Below are positions 1-11,735 of a DNA stretch of 64,000 bases, in pieces. The stretch is from NCBI GenBank assembly GCA_965205265.1, contig CBDBGH010000003.1, positions 1,824,001-1,888,000 of the forward strand, written 5' to 3'. Within the stretch, counting starts at the first letter, position 1. Each line of letters begins with the position of its first letter. This DNA comes from Alphaproteobacteria bacterium. Lineage in GTDB: Bacteria > Pseudomonadota > Alphaproteobacteria > Bin95. A program made the translations under genes and the position numbers. The notes beneath the pieces are model-generated. The model was not told the origin of the DNA and did not search any database. It worked only from the letters and a program-made list of their open reading frames with translations.

Positions 1-5
1 ATTCC

Positions 6-533
6 ATGAAACTCAAGATCATCGTCATCGCCGGCGGGCTGGGCCTGGCAAGCCTGGGCGCGGTCGGCGCCTATGCGCTGTCCAGCGACGTGCGCCAGGG
101 CGTGAAAGCCGGCGAGGCCGCGATCACGCTGGTCGGCCACCGCCACGGCTGGGGGCATCGCGGCCACCGGGGCGGCATGGCGCAGAAGCTGTGCAGCGAC
201 GCCCGCACCGACCATATCGAGGCCGCAATCGCCTTCGCCGAGACCTTCATGGCGTTCACCCCGGAGCAGCGCGCGGCCTGGGACAAGCTGACCGGCGCTG
301 TGCGGACCGGCGGCGAGAAGATCGGCGAGACCTGCGCGGAGACCGAAGCGCTCCGGGCCGAGAAGACGATGCCGGCGAAGCTCGCCCTGGCCGAAGCCGC
401 CACCAAGACGGCGGCTACCGTGCTCGGCGATGTCCGGCCCGCCTTCGACGCCTGGTACGGCACGCTGAGCGACGAGCAGCGCAAAGCCCTCGACGACCTT
501 CTGAAGCACCGGCGCGGAGGCCGCAAAGGGTAA
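6..533 (+). CDS. Spy/CpxP-family periplasmic protein (LTXXQ-type)
   Basis: Signal-peptide-like N-terminus, His/Gly-rich linker (GHRHGWGHRGHRGG), FTPEQRAAW and LSDEQRKALD motifs. Confidence 0.7.
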   Translation: MKLKIIVIAGGLGLASLGAVGAYALSSDVRQGVKAGEAAITLVGHRHGWGHRGHRGGMAQKLCSDARTDHIEAAIAFAETFMAFTPEQRAAWDKLTGAVRTGGEKIGETCAETEALRAEKTMPAKLALAEAATKTAATVLGDVRPAFDAWYGTLSDEQRKALDDLLKHRRGGRKG

Positions 534-539
534 CGCCGG

Positions 540-1085
540 CTACAGGCTGAGCGGCTCCGGCTCGCCCTCCGGGAGTTCGACGCCGGAGACGTTCAGCGCC
601 ATGGAGACCAGGCAGTAATAGCCCATGACGCCGATGGTCTCGACGACGCCCTTCTCGCCTATGGCCGACACCGCGCGGCCATAGGTGGCGTCGCTCACGC
701 GCTTTGTCGCATAGAGTTCGGTGGCGAGGTCGTGGACCGCGGCCTCGTCCGCCGCCATGCCTTCCGGCCGCCGGCGGGCCTCGACCGCTTCGATAATGCC
801 CTCGTCCAGACCCGCCTCCCGGGCCAGCCGCGCGTGGGCATACCACTCATACTGGGCGGTCCACTCCCGCGCCGTCACCAGGATTGCGAGCTCCGAGAGG
901 CGCGGCCCAAGGCTCGTGCCGAAGCGGCAGAAGGCGCCCAGCAATTGGGCGCGCTCGCACAGCTCCGGGCTGCGCAGCAGGGCCGCGAACGGCCCCCGCG
1001 CGCCGCCCCGCGGGCCGGCGGCGATGGCGTCGAGGACTTCCTGCTGGCGTTCGGTCAGGGTTTCGGGCATGGGCAGGCGCGCCAT
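540..1085 (-). CDS. Carboxymuconolactone decarboxylase (CMD/AhpD-like) family protein
   Basis: GPFAALLRSP, RLSELAIL, YEWYAH motifs; no CxxC. Confidence 0.8.
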   Translation of the reverse strand: MARLPMPETLTERQQEVLDAIAAGPRGGARGPFAALLRSPELCERAQLLGAFCRFGTSLGPRLSELAILVTAREWTAQYEWYAHARLAREAGLDEGIIEAVEARRRPEGMAADEAAVHDLATELYATKRVSDATYGRAVSAIGEKGVVETIGVMGYYCLVSMALNVSGVELPEGEPEPLSL

Positions 1086-1129
1086 GGCGGTCTTCTCCTT
1101 TTCGGGATTCGGATCGTGCGGCGCCGGGC

Positions 1130-1837
1130 CTAGCTGGCGGCGCCGATTTGCGGCGGACGGTCCTCGCCGCGGCCTTCGCCGCCGCGCTCGCCCAGTTCGC
1201 GCTCCAGTTCGGCCACCCGCGCCTCCAGCCGCTTCACCGTCTCGGCAAGCGTGCGGATCGAGCGGCTGTCGGGGTTGGTCACGCCCTCCGGCGTGCCGTA
1301 GGCGACGAAGCTTTCCGGCTGCTTGCGGCTGCGCGGCTGCGCCATCTTCGCCGGAATGCCCGTCATGGTCGCGCCGGCGGGCACGGCCTTGAGAACCACC
1401 GCATTGGCGCCGATCCGGGCGCCCTCGCCCACCGTGAACGGCCCCAGGATTTGAGCCCCCGACCCGACGATCACGCTGTCGGCGAGCGTCGGATGGCGCT
1501 TGCCCTTCGCCGTCGAAGTGGTGCCCAGCGTAACCCCCTGGTAGAGCGTGACATCGTCGCCGATCTCGGCCGTCTCGCCGATGACGACGCCCATGCCGTG
1601 GTCGATGAAGAGCCGCTTGCCGATGGTCGCGCCCGGATGGATCTCGATGCCGCTGAACCCGCGGCCGAGATGGCTGACGAACCGGCCGACCAGATAGAGC
1701 CGCTTGCGCCAGAGCCAGTTGGCGATACGGTAGAAGACGAGCGCGTGGAAACCCGGATAGGCCAGAACCACTTCAAGGCGCGAGCGCAGCGCCGGGTCGC
1801 GGTCCATATAGCTGTCGATTTCCTTCAACAGGCCCAT
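1130..1837 (-). CDS. cysE: Serine O-acetyltransferase
   Basis: [42 protein letters not shown] hexapeptide motifs; start trimmed to ATG at 1837. Confidence 0.93.
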   Translation of the reverse strand: MGLLKEIDSYMDRDPALRSRLEVVLAYPGFHALVFYRIANWLWRKRLYLVGRFVSHLGRGFSGIEIHPGATIGKRLFIDHGMGVVIGETAEIGDDVTLYQGVTLGTTSTAKGKRHPTLADSVIVGSGAQILGPFTVGEGARIGANAVVLKAVPAGATMTGIPAKMAQPRSRKQPESFVAYGTPEGVTNPDSRSIRTLAETVKRLEARVAELERELGERGGEGRGEDRPPQIGAAS

Positions 1838-1870
1838 CCGCGCGCGCCCTTCCTCGCCGCCGATAATCCG

Positions 1871-1900
1871 CTTATATGACTTGCACTTGGCGCGCGGCAA
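1871..1900 (-). promoter_or_regulatory. Putative sigma70 promoter of cysE
   Basis: TTGCCG-N18-TATAAG on minus strand in the cysE/cysK divergent gap. Confidence 0.35.
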
Positions 1901-1913
1901 GGGTTGGACGGTT

Positions 1914-2912
1914 ATGAACATTCGCGACGGGTTTATCGATACCATCGGGAACACGCCGCTGGTGCGCCTCCGGAAGGCCTCCGAGCTGACGGGCTGCGAT
2001 GTGCTCGTCAAGCTCGAGTTCCTCAATCCCGGCGGGTCGGTGAAGGACCGCGCGGCGCTTGGCATCATCCGCGACGCGGAGCACAAGGGACAGCTCGAGC
2101 CCGGCGGGGTCATCGTGGAAGGCACCGCCGGCAATACCGGCATCGGGCTCGCCCTGGTCGGCAATGCGCGCGGCTACAGGACCGTCATCGTGATCCCGGA
2201 AACGCAGTCGGAAGAGAAGAAGCAGATGCTGCGGCTCTGCGGGGCGGACCTGCGCGAGGTGCCGGCCGTGCCCTACCGGGACCCGAACAACTATGTGCGC
2301 GTCTCCGGCCGGCTGGCCGAGGAGCTGGCCGCAACGCACAAGCAGGGCGCCATCTGGGCCAACCAGTTCGACAATGTCGCAAACCGCGAGATTCACATCG
2401 CAACCACCGCGCCCGAAATCTGGTCCCAGACCGGCGGCAAGGTGGACGCCTTCGTTTCCGCCGTCGGCACCGGCGGCACGCTCGCCGGCACCGCCATGGG
2501 CCTCAGGGAGCGCAACCCGGACATCAAGATCGGCCTCGCCGACCCCGAGGGCGCCGCGCTCTACGAGTGGTATGCGAACGGCGAGCTCAAGTCCGAGGGC
2601 AGCTCGATCAGCGAGGGCATCGGGCAGGGGCGCGTGACGGCCAACCTGGAGGGCCTGGAGGTCGATTTCCCCTATCTGATACCCGATTCCGAGGCGCTCC
2701 CCATCGTGTTCGACCTGCTGAAGGAAGAGGGGTTCTGCGTAGGCCTCTCCAGCGGCATCAATGTGGCCGGCGCCATCCGCGCGGCGAAGGAGCTCGGCCC
2801 CGGCCACACCGTCGTCACCCTGCTCTGCGATCTCGGGCAGCGCTATGCCGCCAAGATCTGGAACCCGGCCTTCCTGAAGGAGGCCGGCCTGCCCGCCCCC
2901 GACTGGCTCTGA
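1914..2912 (+). CDS. cysK: Cysteine synthase (O-acetylserine sulfhydrylase)
   Basis: [16 protein letters not shown] (PLP Lys), [13 protein letters not shown]; divergent from cysE. Confidence 0.9.
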   Translation: MNIRDGFIDTIGNTPLVRLRKASELTGCDVLVKLEFLNPGGSVKDRAALGIIRDAEHKGQLEPGGVIVEGTAGNTGIGLALVGNARGYRTVIVIPETQSEEKKQMLRLCGADLREVPAVPYRDPNNYVRVSGRLAEELAATHKQGAIWANQFDNVANREIHIATTAPEIWSQTGGKVDAFVSAVGTGGTLAGTAMGLRERNPDIKIGLADPEGAALYEWYANGELKSEGSSISEGIGQGRVTANLEGLEVDFPYLIPDSEALPIVFDLLKEEGFCVGLSSGINVAGAIRAAKELGPGHTVVTLLCDLGQRYAAKIWNPAFLKEAGLPAPDWL

Positions 2913-2924
2913 CCGGCGGCGCGC

Positions 2925-5054
<2,130 letters not shown>

Positions 5055-5064
5055 CGAACCGCCG

Positions 5065-5517
5065 ATGGGCGAGCTTCGACTCCGTCCCGCCGCCGCCGGG
5101 GACGCCGCGGGGATCGCCCGATGCGTGGAGGCCGCTTACTCCCGCTATATCGAGCGCATTGGCGAGCCGCCGGGGCCGATGCTGGACGACTACCCGCAGG
5201 TTGTCCGCGACCACCGGGTCTTCGTGGTCGAAGGCGGAGGCGAAATCGCCGGCGCGGTCGTCCTGATCGAAAAGGGAGGAACGATCCTGCTCGACAATGT
5301 CGCCGTCCTGCCGTCGCGCCAGGGCGAGGGCATCGGCCGCCGCCTCATGCTGCACGCCGAGGACGAGGCGCGCCGGCTGGGCTACGGCGTCATCGACCTC
5401 TACACGCATGAGCAGATGACCGAGAATTTCGCCCTGTATGCCCGCAACGGCTATGAGGAGGTCGAGCGCCGCACGGAGCGCGGTTTCCCGCGCATCTACA
5501 TGAGAAAGCGCCTGTAA
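5065..5517 (+). CDS. GNAT family N-acetyltransferase
   Basis: VAVLPSRQGEGIG acetyl-CoA motif A; N..LY..GY. Confidence 0.85.
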   Translation: MGELRLRPAAAGDAAGIARCVEAAYSRYIERIGEPPGPMLDDYPQVVRDHRVFVVEGGGEIAGAVVLIEKGGTILLDNVAVLPSRQGEGIGRRLMLHAEDEARRLGYGVIDLYTHEQMTENFALYARNGYEEVERRTERGFPRIYMRKRL

Positions 5518-5559
5518 TTACCTGTAACTATTGAGAGGGCCGGACAGGGCGTGCCGCCC

Positions 5560-6753
5560 TCAGGAAAACGCCTGCAGGCCCGTCTGGGCGCGGCCGAGGA
5601 TGAGCGCGTGGACGTCGTGTGTGCCCTCATAGGTGTTGACGGCCTCGAGGTTCATGGAGTGGCGCACGACATGGTATTCGTCGCTCACGCCGTTGCCGCC
5701 ATGCATGTCGCGGGCGGTGCGGGCGATGTCGAGCGCCTTGCCGCAATTGTTGCGCTTGACCAGCGAGATCATCTCCGGGGCGGCGCGGCCCTCGTCCATC
5801 AGCCGGCCGACGCGCAGCGCGCCTTGGAGCCCGAGCGCAATCTCGGTCTGCATGTCGGCGAGCTTCTTCTGGATGAGCTGCGTGTGCGCCAGCGGGCGGC
5901 CGAAGGCGTGCCGGTCGAGCGTGTATTGCCGGGCCGCGTGCCAGCAGAACTCTGCCGAGCCCATCGACCCCCAGGCGATGCCGTAGCGCGCCTTGTTGAG
6001 GCAGCCGAACGGGCCGCCGAGGCCGCGCGCATGCGGAAAGCGGTTCTCCTCCGGCACGAACACGTCGTCCATCGCGATCTCGCCCGTGGGCCAGGCGCGC
6101 AGCGAGAACTTGCCCTCGATCTTCGCGGTGGTGAGGCCTTCCATGCCGCGCTCCAGCACGAAGCCGCGAATGACATCCTCCTCGTCCTTGGCCCAGACGA
6201 CGAAGACATCGGCGATATTGGCCTGCGTGATCCACATTTTTGCGCCGGTGAGGCGGTAGCCGCCGGGCACCTTGCGCGCCCGCGTGGTCAGCCCGCCGGC
6301 GTCGGAGCCGTGGTCCGGCTCCGTGAGGCCGAACGCGCCGACCCACTCCCCGGACGCCAGCTTCGGGAGATACTTCTCCTTCTGCGCTTCCGTGCCGTAG
6401 CTGTGGATCGGGAACATCACCAGCGAGGTCTGCACGCTCATCGCCGAGCGGTAGGAGCTGTCGCAGCGCTCCACCTCGCGCGCAATGAGCCCGTACATCA
6501 CCGAACTGCCGCCGGGGCAGCCATAGCCGTCGAGGCCGACGCCGAGGAACCCGGCCTCTCCGTAAGCCCTCATCATGGCCGGGTCGTAGGTCTCGTGCCG
6601 GTGGGCGTCGCGCACGCCGGGAGCCAGCGCGTCGGCGACGAAGCGCCGGGCGGTCTCGCTCACCAGCCGCTCGTCCTCGTCCAGCTGGTCTGCGAGCAGG
6701 AACGGGTCCTCCCACACGAAGGCGGCGCGCTTCTGTTTCATGGAATCGGGCAT
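5560..6753 (-). CDS. gcdH: Glutaryl-CoA dehydrogenase-type acyl-CoA dehydrogenase
   Basis: [48 protein letters not shown]. Confidence 0.85.
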   Translation of the reverse strand: MPDSMKQKRAAFVWEDPFLLADQLDEDERLVSETARRFVADALAPGVRDAHRHETYDPAMMRAYGEAGFLGVGLDGYGCPGGSSVMYGLIAREVERCDSSYRSAMSVQTSLVMFPIHSYGTEAQKEKYLPKLASGEWVGAFGLTEPDHGSDAGGLTTRARKVPGGYRLTGAKMWITQANIADVFVVWAKDEEDVIRGFVLERGMEGLTTAKIEGKFSLRAWPTGEIAMDDVFVPEENRFPHARGLGGPFGCLNKARYGIAWGSMGSAEFCWHAARQYTLDRHAFGRPLAHTQLIQKKLADMQTEIALGLQGALRVGRLMDEGRAAPEMISLVKRNNCGKALDIARTARDMHGGNGVSDEYHVVRHSMNLEAVNTYEGTHDVHALILGRAQTGLQAFS

Positions 6754-6805
6754 CGGATGCTCTTCCGGTAAGGGGTTGGGACGGACGAGAGGCGCCAGCG
6801 GAACG

Positions 6806-8716
6806 CTACGGCGACGCCGCGCCGCCGGCATAGCCGACCTGCTTCAGCGCGGCCTCGATCTCGGCCATGATCTCCGGGTCGTCGATGGTCGCCGGCATGC
6901 GCCAGGTCTCCCGGTCGGCAACCTTCTGCATCGTGCCGCGCAGGATCTTGCCGGAGCGCGTCTTCGGCAGGCGCTCCACCACGACGGCAGTCTTGAACGC
7001 CGCGACCGGGCCGATCCGCCGGCGGACAAGGGCGACGACCTCCGACTCGATCTCGCCGAACGGCCGGTTGACGCCCGCCTTGAGCACGAGGAAGCCCACG
7101 GGAATCTGCCCCTTCAACTGGTCCGCGACGCCGATCACGGCGCATTCCGCGACATCGTGGTGGGCGGCCAGCACCTCTTCCATGGCACCGGTCGAAAGCC
7201 GGTGGCCGGCGACATTGATGATGTCGTCGGTCCGGGCCATGATGTAGGCGTAGCCGTCCTCGTCGATATAGCCGGCGTCAGCCGTCTTGTAGTAGCCGGG
7301 GAACTCGGTGAAGTAGGTGTCCAGATAGCGCTCATGCGCGTTCCAGAGCGTCGGGAAGGAACCCGGAGGCATGGGCGTCCTGACCACCAGCGCCCCGATG
7401 GTCCCGGCAGGCACTTCCTCGTTGCTGTCGTCCACCACGCGCAAGTCCCAGCCCGGCACGGGGCGCGTGGGCGAGCCGTGTTTCACGGGCAGAAGCTCGA
7501 TACCGACGCAATTGGCGCACATCGGCCAGCCGGTCTCGGTCTGCCACCAGTGGTCGATCACCGGGCGGTCCAGCACGTCCTCCGCCCATTTCAGCGTGTC
7601 CGGGTCGCTGCGTTCGCCTGCCAGGAACAGCGTGCGGAAATGCGAGAGGTCGCGTCCTTTGAGCAATTTCGCCTCGGGATCGTCCCGGCGGATGGCCCGA
7701 AAGGCCGTGGGCGCGGTGAACAGCGCGGCCACCTTGTGCTGCTCGATGATGCGCCAATAGACGCCGGCGTCCGGGGTGCCCACGGGCTTGCCCTCGAACA
7801 GGATGGCCGTGTTGCCGGCCAGCAGCGGCGCATAGACGATGTAGGAATGGCCGACGACCCAGCCGACATCGGAGGCGGCCCAGAAGACCTCTCCCGGTTC
7901 CACGCCATAGACGTTTTTCATGGTCCAGTGCAGCACCACCATGTGGCCGCCATTGTCCCGCACCACGCCCTTCGGCTGGCCCGTCGTGCCGGAGGTGTAG
8001 AGGATGTAGAGGGGGTCGAGCGCGCTGACCGGGACGCACTCCGCCGGCTCCGCGCCGGCAACCGCCTCCAGCCAGTCGACATCGCGCCCTTCGACCATCG
8101 AGGCTTCGCATTCCGGCCGCTGAAAGACGACGCAGAACTCGGGCTTGTGCGCCGCCAGATCGATGGCCCCGTCGAGCAGCGGCTTGTATTCCACCACCCG
8201 TCCCGGCTCGATGCCGCAGGAGGCGGCGATGACGGCCTTGCAGGCGCTGTCGTCGATGCGCACCGCCAGCTCGTTGGAAGCGAACCCGCCGAAGACCACG
8301 GAATGCACCGCGCCGAGCCGGGCGCAGGCGAGCATAGCGATTGCCGTTTCCGGGATCATCGGCATGTAGATGACGACCCGGTCGCCCTTGCCGATGCCGC
8401 GGCTCTTGAGAGCGCCGGCAAAGACCGCCACGGCGTCCCGCAATTCGCGGTAGGTGAAGGAGCGGACCGTGTCGGTCACCGGGCTGTCGTAGATCATCGC
8501 GGCCTGCTCGCCCCGCCCCGCCTCGACATGCCGGTCGAGGGCGTTGAAGCAGGTGTTGGTCACGCCGTCCACGAACCAGCGCCCGGCAGGCGTGGACTCC
8601 GTTTCCAGGATTTGCGTCGGCGCCTTGTACCAGTGCAGGTCGGCGGCGGCTTCCGCCCAGAACGCCTCGCGCTCGTCGAGCGAGCGGCGGAACGCGGTCT
8701 CATATGCTCCGGCCAT
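6806..8716 (-). CDS. prpE: Propionyl-CoA synthetase (acetate/propionate-CoA ligase)
   Basis: [35 protein letters not shown]; ATG at 8716 after GGAGG; the ORF-track extension to 9565 is spurious. Confidence 0.88.
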   Translation of the reverse strand: MAGAYETAFRRSLDEREAFWAEAAADLHWYKAPTQILETESTPAGRWFVDGVTNTCFNALDRHVEAGRGEQAAMIYDSPVTDTVRSFTYRELRDAVAVFAGALKSRGIGKGDRVVIYMPMIPETAIAMLACARLGAVHSVVFGGFASNELAVRIDDSACKAVIAASCGIEPGRVVEYKPLLDGAIDLAAHKPEFCVVFQRPECEASMVEGRDVDWLEAVAGAEPAECVPVSALDPLYILYTSGTTGQPKGVVRDNGGHMVVLHWTMKNVYGVEPGEVFWAASDVGWVVGHSYIVYAPLLAGNTAILFEGKPVGTPDAGVYWRIIEQHKVAALFTAPTAFRAIRRDDPEAKLLKGRDLSHFRTLFLAGERSDPDTLKWAEDVLDRPVIDHWWQTETGWPMCANCVGIELLPVKHGSPTRPVPGWDLRVVDDSNEEVPAGTIGALVVRTPMPPGSFPTLWNAHERYLDTYFTEFPGYYKTADAGYIDEDGYAYIMARTDDIINVAGHRLSTGAMEEVLAAHHDVAECAVIGVADQLKGQIPVGFLVLKAGVNRPFGEIESEVVALVRRRIGPVAAFKTAVVVERLPKTRSGKILRGTMQKVADRETWRMPATIDDPEIMAEIEAALKQVGYAGGAASP

Positions 8717-8869
8717 GACGGTCCCTCCCCTTCCGCTGGGGCCGGATGGATAGCACCTCGACGGCAGGGGAGGAAGCCGGCGCGGAACTGCCGGGATGAG
8801 GAAGACCCACCCCCAGCCCGCACCGCAAGCGGTATGACGGGCAAGAGCAAGGTGGCGCGGAAAATCTGT

Positions 8870-9367
8870 TTGTTCAAAAAAATCTGCTATTAATCCTAAA
8901 TAAAACTTGAAATTCTTCGCGCCAGCTGTAATATGGAGCGGAGAAGGGAAGCGGCATCCGCGGGCTGTATCCCTTCTTCGCGCCGGCGCCGGCGCAAAAA
9001 AGCCCCTGATTCGGCCAACGGGCGAAGTGCGCCCCGCGTCTGGCTCGCGCGCACGGGCGCAGGCGCAATCAGGCGCGCAAACCGCGCCGCCGCGAAACGC
9101 GCGGGGGCGGGCGCGCGGGCGCCGGTGCGCATTACGCGCGAAAAAGGGTCCCGCCGCGTTCGGCGCGGCGGCGCGGAGAAGGGAACGAAGACGGATGGAA
9201 AGGAGAGACCTATGCCGAAGACACAAAGCAGGAAGAACCGGCCGGCATACCCGGAGCTCCCGCCCGAAACGACGGCTCCATGCCCGAAAAGAACAGTCCC
9301 TATGCGCCGTGCGCATACAAATCATGACATCGCATGACATGCCACAACGGCCCAGGATGCAGGCGCG
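8870..9367 (+). repeat. Dispersed ~500-bp element, copy A (homologous to 22450-22917, opposite strand); candidate ncRNA/leader or non-autonomous element
   Basis: Colinear blocks shared with copy B: TTGTTCA.AAAAT, GGCATCCG, GGCGAAGTGCG, GCAATCAGGCGCGC, AACCGCGCCGCCGCGAAACGCGCG, CATTACGCGCGAA, AGGGTCCCGCCGC, GAAAGGA..GACCTATGCCGA, TATGCGCCGTGCGCAT, ATCATGACATC.CATGACA. Confidence 0.85.
8907..8934 (+). promoter_or_regulatory. Putative sigma70 promoter at head of element copy A
   Basis: TTGAAA-N16-TAATAT preceded by AT-rich tract. Confidence 0.45.
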
Positions 9368-9504
9368 TCGCCCCGGCCTGCCCTCGCGAAAGCGGGGGAC
9401 CCCGATCCGGGGCCTCATGCAACAGGGTGGGCCTTCGTCCGGAGCCCCCGGCCCGGCGCTGGCGCGCCGTCCCCCGCTTTCGCGAGGGCAGGCCGGGGTG
9501 ACGC
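9365..9504. repeat. REP/MITE-like palindromic element with 36-bp inverted arms
   Basis: 9365-9400 GCGTCGCCCCGGCCTGCCCTCGCGAAAGCGGGGGAC matches the reverse complement of 9469-9504 with one mismatch. Confidence 0.85.
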
Positions 9505-9674
9505 AAGAGGGGGGCGGACATCCTGGGGAGTTACGACGAAACATGACATTCCATGACACTCGCAAGGGCGCTCCCGCGACAGCGCGGGCGAAGCCGGCTC
9601 CGGGAATTGAATTCCGGGCGGCAACCGCCTAGAGCGTATCCTTGCCGACGCGAAACGAAGAAGGAGCCGGCCCG

Positions 9675-10910
9675 ATGGAACTCTGCGCTTTGGGCGAACA
9701 GCCGCCGCTCGGCGAGGTACCCGAGACGATGCACGCCTTCCTTGTGCGCCAGGACCGGTTCGGGGAACCGAAGGACGCCTGGCAGCATGAGGTCATTCCG
9801 GTTCCGGCCCTCAAGCCGGACGAGGTGCTCGTCTATGTCATGGCGACCGGCATCAACTACAACAATGTCTGGGCGGCGCTCGGCTACCCGATCGACGTGA
9901 TCGGCGAGCGGATGCGCAAGGGCGAACCGGAGGACTTCCATGCCGGCGGCAGCGACTGTTCCGGCATCGTCCAGGCTGTCGGCTCGGAAGTCACGAATGT
10001 CAGGCCCGGCGACGAAGTGGTGATCCATTCCGGCTGGTGGGAGCCGGACGACCCCTGGGTGCTGTCGGGCAAGGACCCCATGCTGGCGACCTCGACCCGG
10101 ATCTGGGGCTACCAGACCAATTACGGCTCCTATTGCCAGTTCGCGAAAGCTCAGGCGCACCAGTGCCAGCCGCGCCCGAAGCACCTGACCTGGGAGCAGT
10201 CGGGCTGCTACCTGCTCTGCGCCTCGACCGCCTACCGGATGCTGATGGGCTGGCCGCCGCACACGGTCGAGCCGGGCGATGCGGTGCTTGTCTGGGGCGC
10301 ATCGGGCGGCCTCGGCGCGATGGCGCTGCAGATCACCGCCGCGCTCGGCGGCCGGCCGGTCGCCGTCATCTCCGACGACGCCAAGCGCGACTGGTGCATG
10401 GAGATGGGCGCAGTCGGCGTCATCAACCGCACCGCCTTCGACCATTGGGGGCCGATGCCCGACACGACCGACGGCGCCGCCTACGGCGCCTGGGCCAAGG
10501 GAGCCCGGGCCTTCGGCGGCGCGATCTGGGAAGCGCTCGGCGAACGGGCGAGCCCGAAGATCGTGTTCGAGCATCCGGGCGAAGCCACCCTGCCGACCTC
10601 GGAGTTCGTCTGCGACACCGGCGGCATGATCGTCATTTGCGCCGGCACCACCGGCTACAATGTGACCCTCGACCTGCGCTACCATTGGATGCGGCAGAAG
10701 CGCTTCCAGGGCAGCCACCTTTCCAATGACGAGCAGGCGGCGGCAGTGAACAGGCTGGTCATCGACGGCAAGATCGACCCCTGCCTTTCGGAGGTGTTCG
10801 ATTTCGACGATCTCGGCCACGCCCACCAGCTGATGCACGAGAACCGCCACGCCGCCGGGCAGATGGCCGTGCTGGTCAACGCGACGGAACGCGGCCAAGG
10901 CGCTTCATGA
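9675..10910 (+). CDS. ccrA: Crotonyl-CoA carboxylase/reductase family enzyme
   Basis: GINYNNVWA, GSDCSG, IWGYQTNYGS, VFEHPG, CAGTTGYN, WMRQKRFQGSH; AAGGAG RBS. Confidence 0.82.
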   Translation: MELCALGEQPPLGEVPETMHAFLVRQDRFGEPKDAWQHEVIPVPALKPDEVLVYVMATGINYNNVWAALGYPIDVIGERMRKGEPEDFHAGGSDCSGIVQAVGSEVTNVRPGDEVVIHSGWWEPDDPWVLSGKDPMLATSTRIWGYQTNYGSYCQFAKAQAHQCQPRPKHLTWEQSGCYLLCASTAYRMLMGWPPHTVEPGDAVLVWGASGGLGAMALQITAALGGRPVAVISDDAKRDWCMEMGAVGVINRTAFDHWGPMPDTTDGAAYGAWAKGARAFGGAIWEALGERASPKIVFEHPGEATLPTSEFVCDTGGMIVICAGTTGYNVTLDLRYHWMRQKRFQGSHLSNDEQAAAVNRLVIDGKIDPCLSEVFDFDDLGHAHQLMHENRHAAGQMAVLVNATERGQGAS

Positions 10911-11053
10911 TAATCGAGGCGCTGGTCGTCTTCGGCGCGCTGGCGCTGGTCGCGGGCCTCAAGCTGTGGATGACATGGCGGCGCATCAAGGCGGCGAAGC
11001 CGATGAAGGAACTGCCGCCCGACGACGAGGAGGCCCCGCTTCAGCGCCGATAG
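10907..11053 (+). CDS. Small membrane protein (48 aa) coupled to ccr
   Basis: ATGA overlap with ccr stop; MIIEALVVFGALALVAGLKLWMTWRRIK hydrophobic helix followed by basic residues. Confidence 0.55.
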   Translation: MIIEALVVFGALALVAGLKLWMTWRRIKAAKPMKELPPDDEEAPLQRR

Positions 11054-11667
11054 ACGAAGAATGTCGCTGCGTGCCGGATGGCTGCCTGCGGCAGGGCCGT
11101 AACAGGTCCCGCCGTGTCGGTCAGGGTCCAGAGGCCGGCCCCGGTCAAGGCGTCGATCTTCGCCTGGAAACCGCCTTCCGAAAGCGCGGCTTCCGTGCAG
11201 CAGAAGATCAGCGCGCCGCCCTTCGCCGTCACGCGAACGAGTTCGTCGAGCGATTCCGGCGGCGCATGGCCGGGAGTAAAGACGCCGGTGCAGACGACCG
11301 CCTGGAAGGCGCCGTCGTCGAAGTCGAGCGGTTCGCCCAGGACCCTCTGCCGCAGGTCGCGATAGACGCCCTTGCGCCCGGCGGCCCGCAGCATGCCGTC
11401 GGAAAGGTCTATGCCTGTGAGATTCGCGTAACCGAGGCGCGCCAGGGCCGCCCCGATGATGCCGCTGCCGCAGCCTGCGTCCAGCACCGGCATTTCGCCC
11501 GGCGCCACATGGCGCCCGAACAGGCCCGCCGCCATCGGCGCATAGGCGTAGCCGCCCGACGACACATCCGCGTCGTAGCTGTCCGCCCAGTCGTCGTAGA
11601 TGCTCCGGTTCTCCTCCGTCGTTGCGGCGCCATAGACCCGTTCGAGCCACTGGTTGAGATCGCTCAC
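11041..11667 (-). CDS. Class I SAM-dependent methyltransferase
   Basis: YDDWADSYD, VLDAGCGSG, GIDLS..ML; GTG start after purine-rich RBS. Confidence 0.85.
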   Translation of the reverse strand: MSDLNQWLERVYGAATTEENRSIYDDWADSYDADVSSGGYAYAPMAAGLFGRHVAPGEMPVLDAGCGSGIIGAALARLGYANLTGIDLSDGMLRAAGRKGVYRDLRQRVLGEPLDFDDGAFQAVVCTGVFTPGHAPPESLDELVRVTAKGGALIFCCTEAALSEGGFQAKIDALTGAGLWTLTDTAGPVTALPQAAIRHAATFFVYRR

Positions 11668-11735
11668 TGTCTTTCCCTCTTCCGTTACCCGGGGGCCAGC
11701 ATACACTGCGCCGCCGGAACAGGAACGAAGCCCGC

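Noticed and set aside
9323-9559. Pho boxes or a mini-CRISPR array
   Set aside because: Period is 10 rather than 11 bp; repeats are too short and lack unique spacers; no cas genes in the window
8717-9632. N-terminal extension of prpE to 9565 and ORFs 8907-9632 and 8933-9337 as real long proteins
   Set aside because: Low-complexity translations of the repeat element; frames are not conserved in copy B
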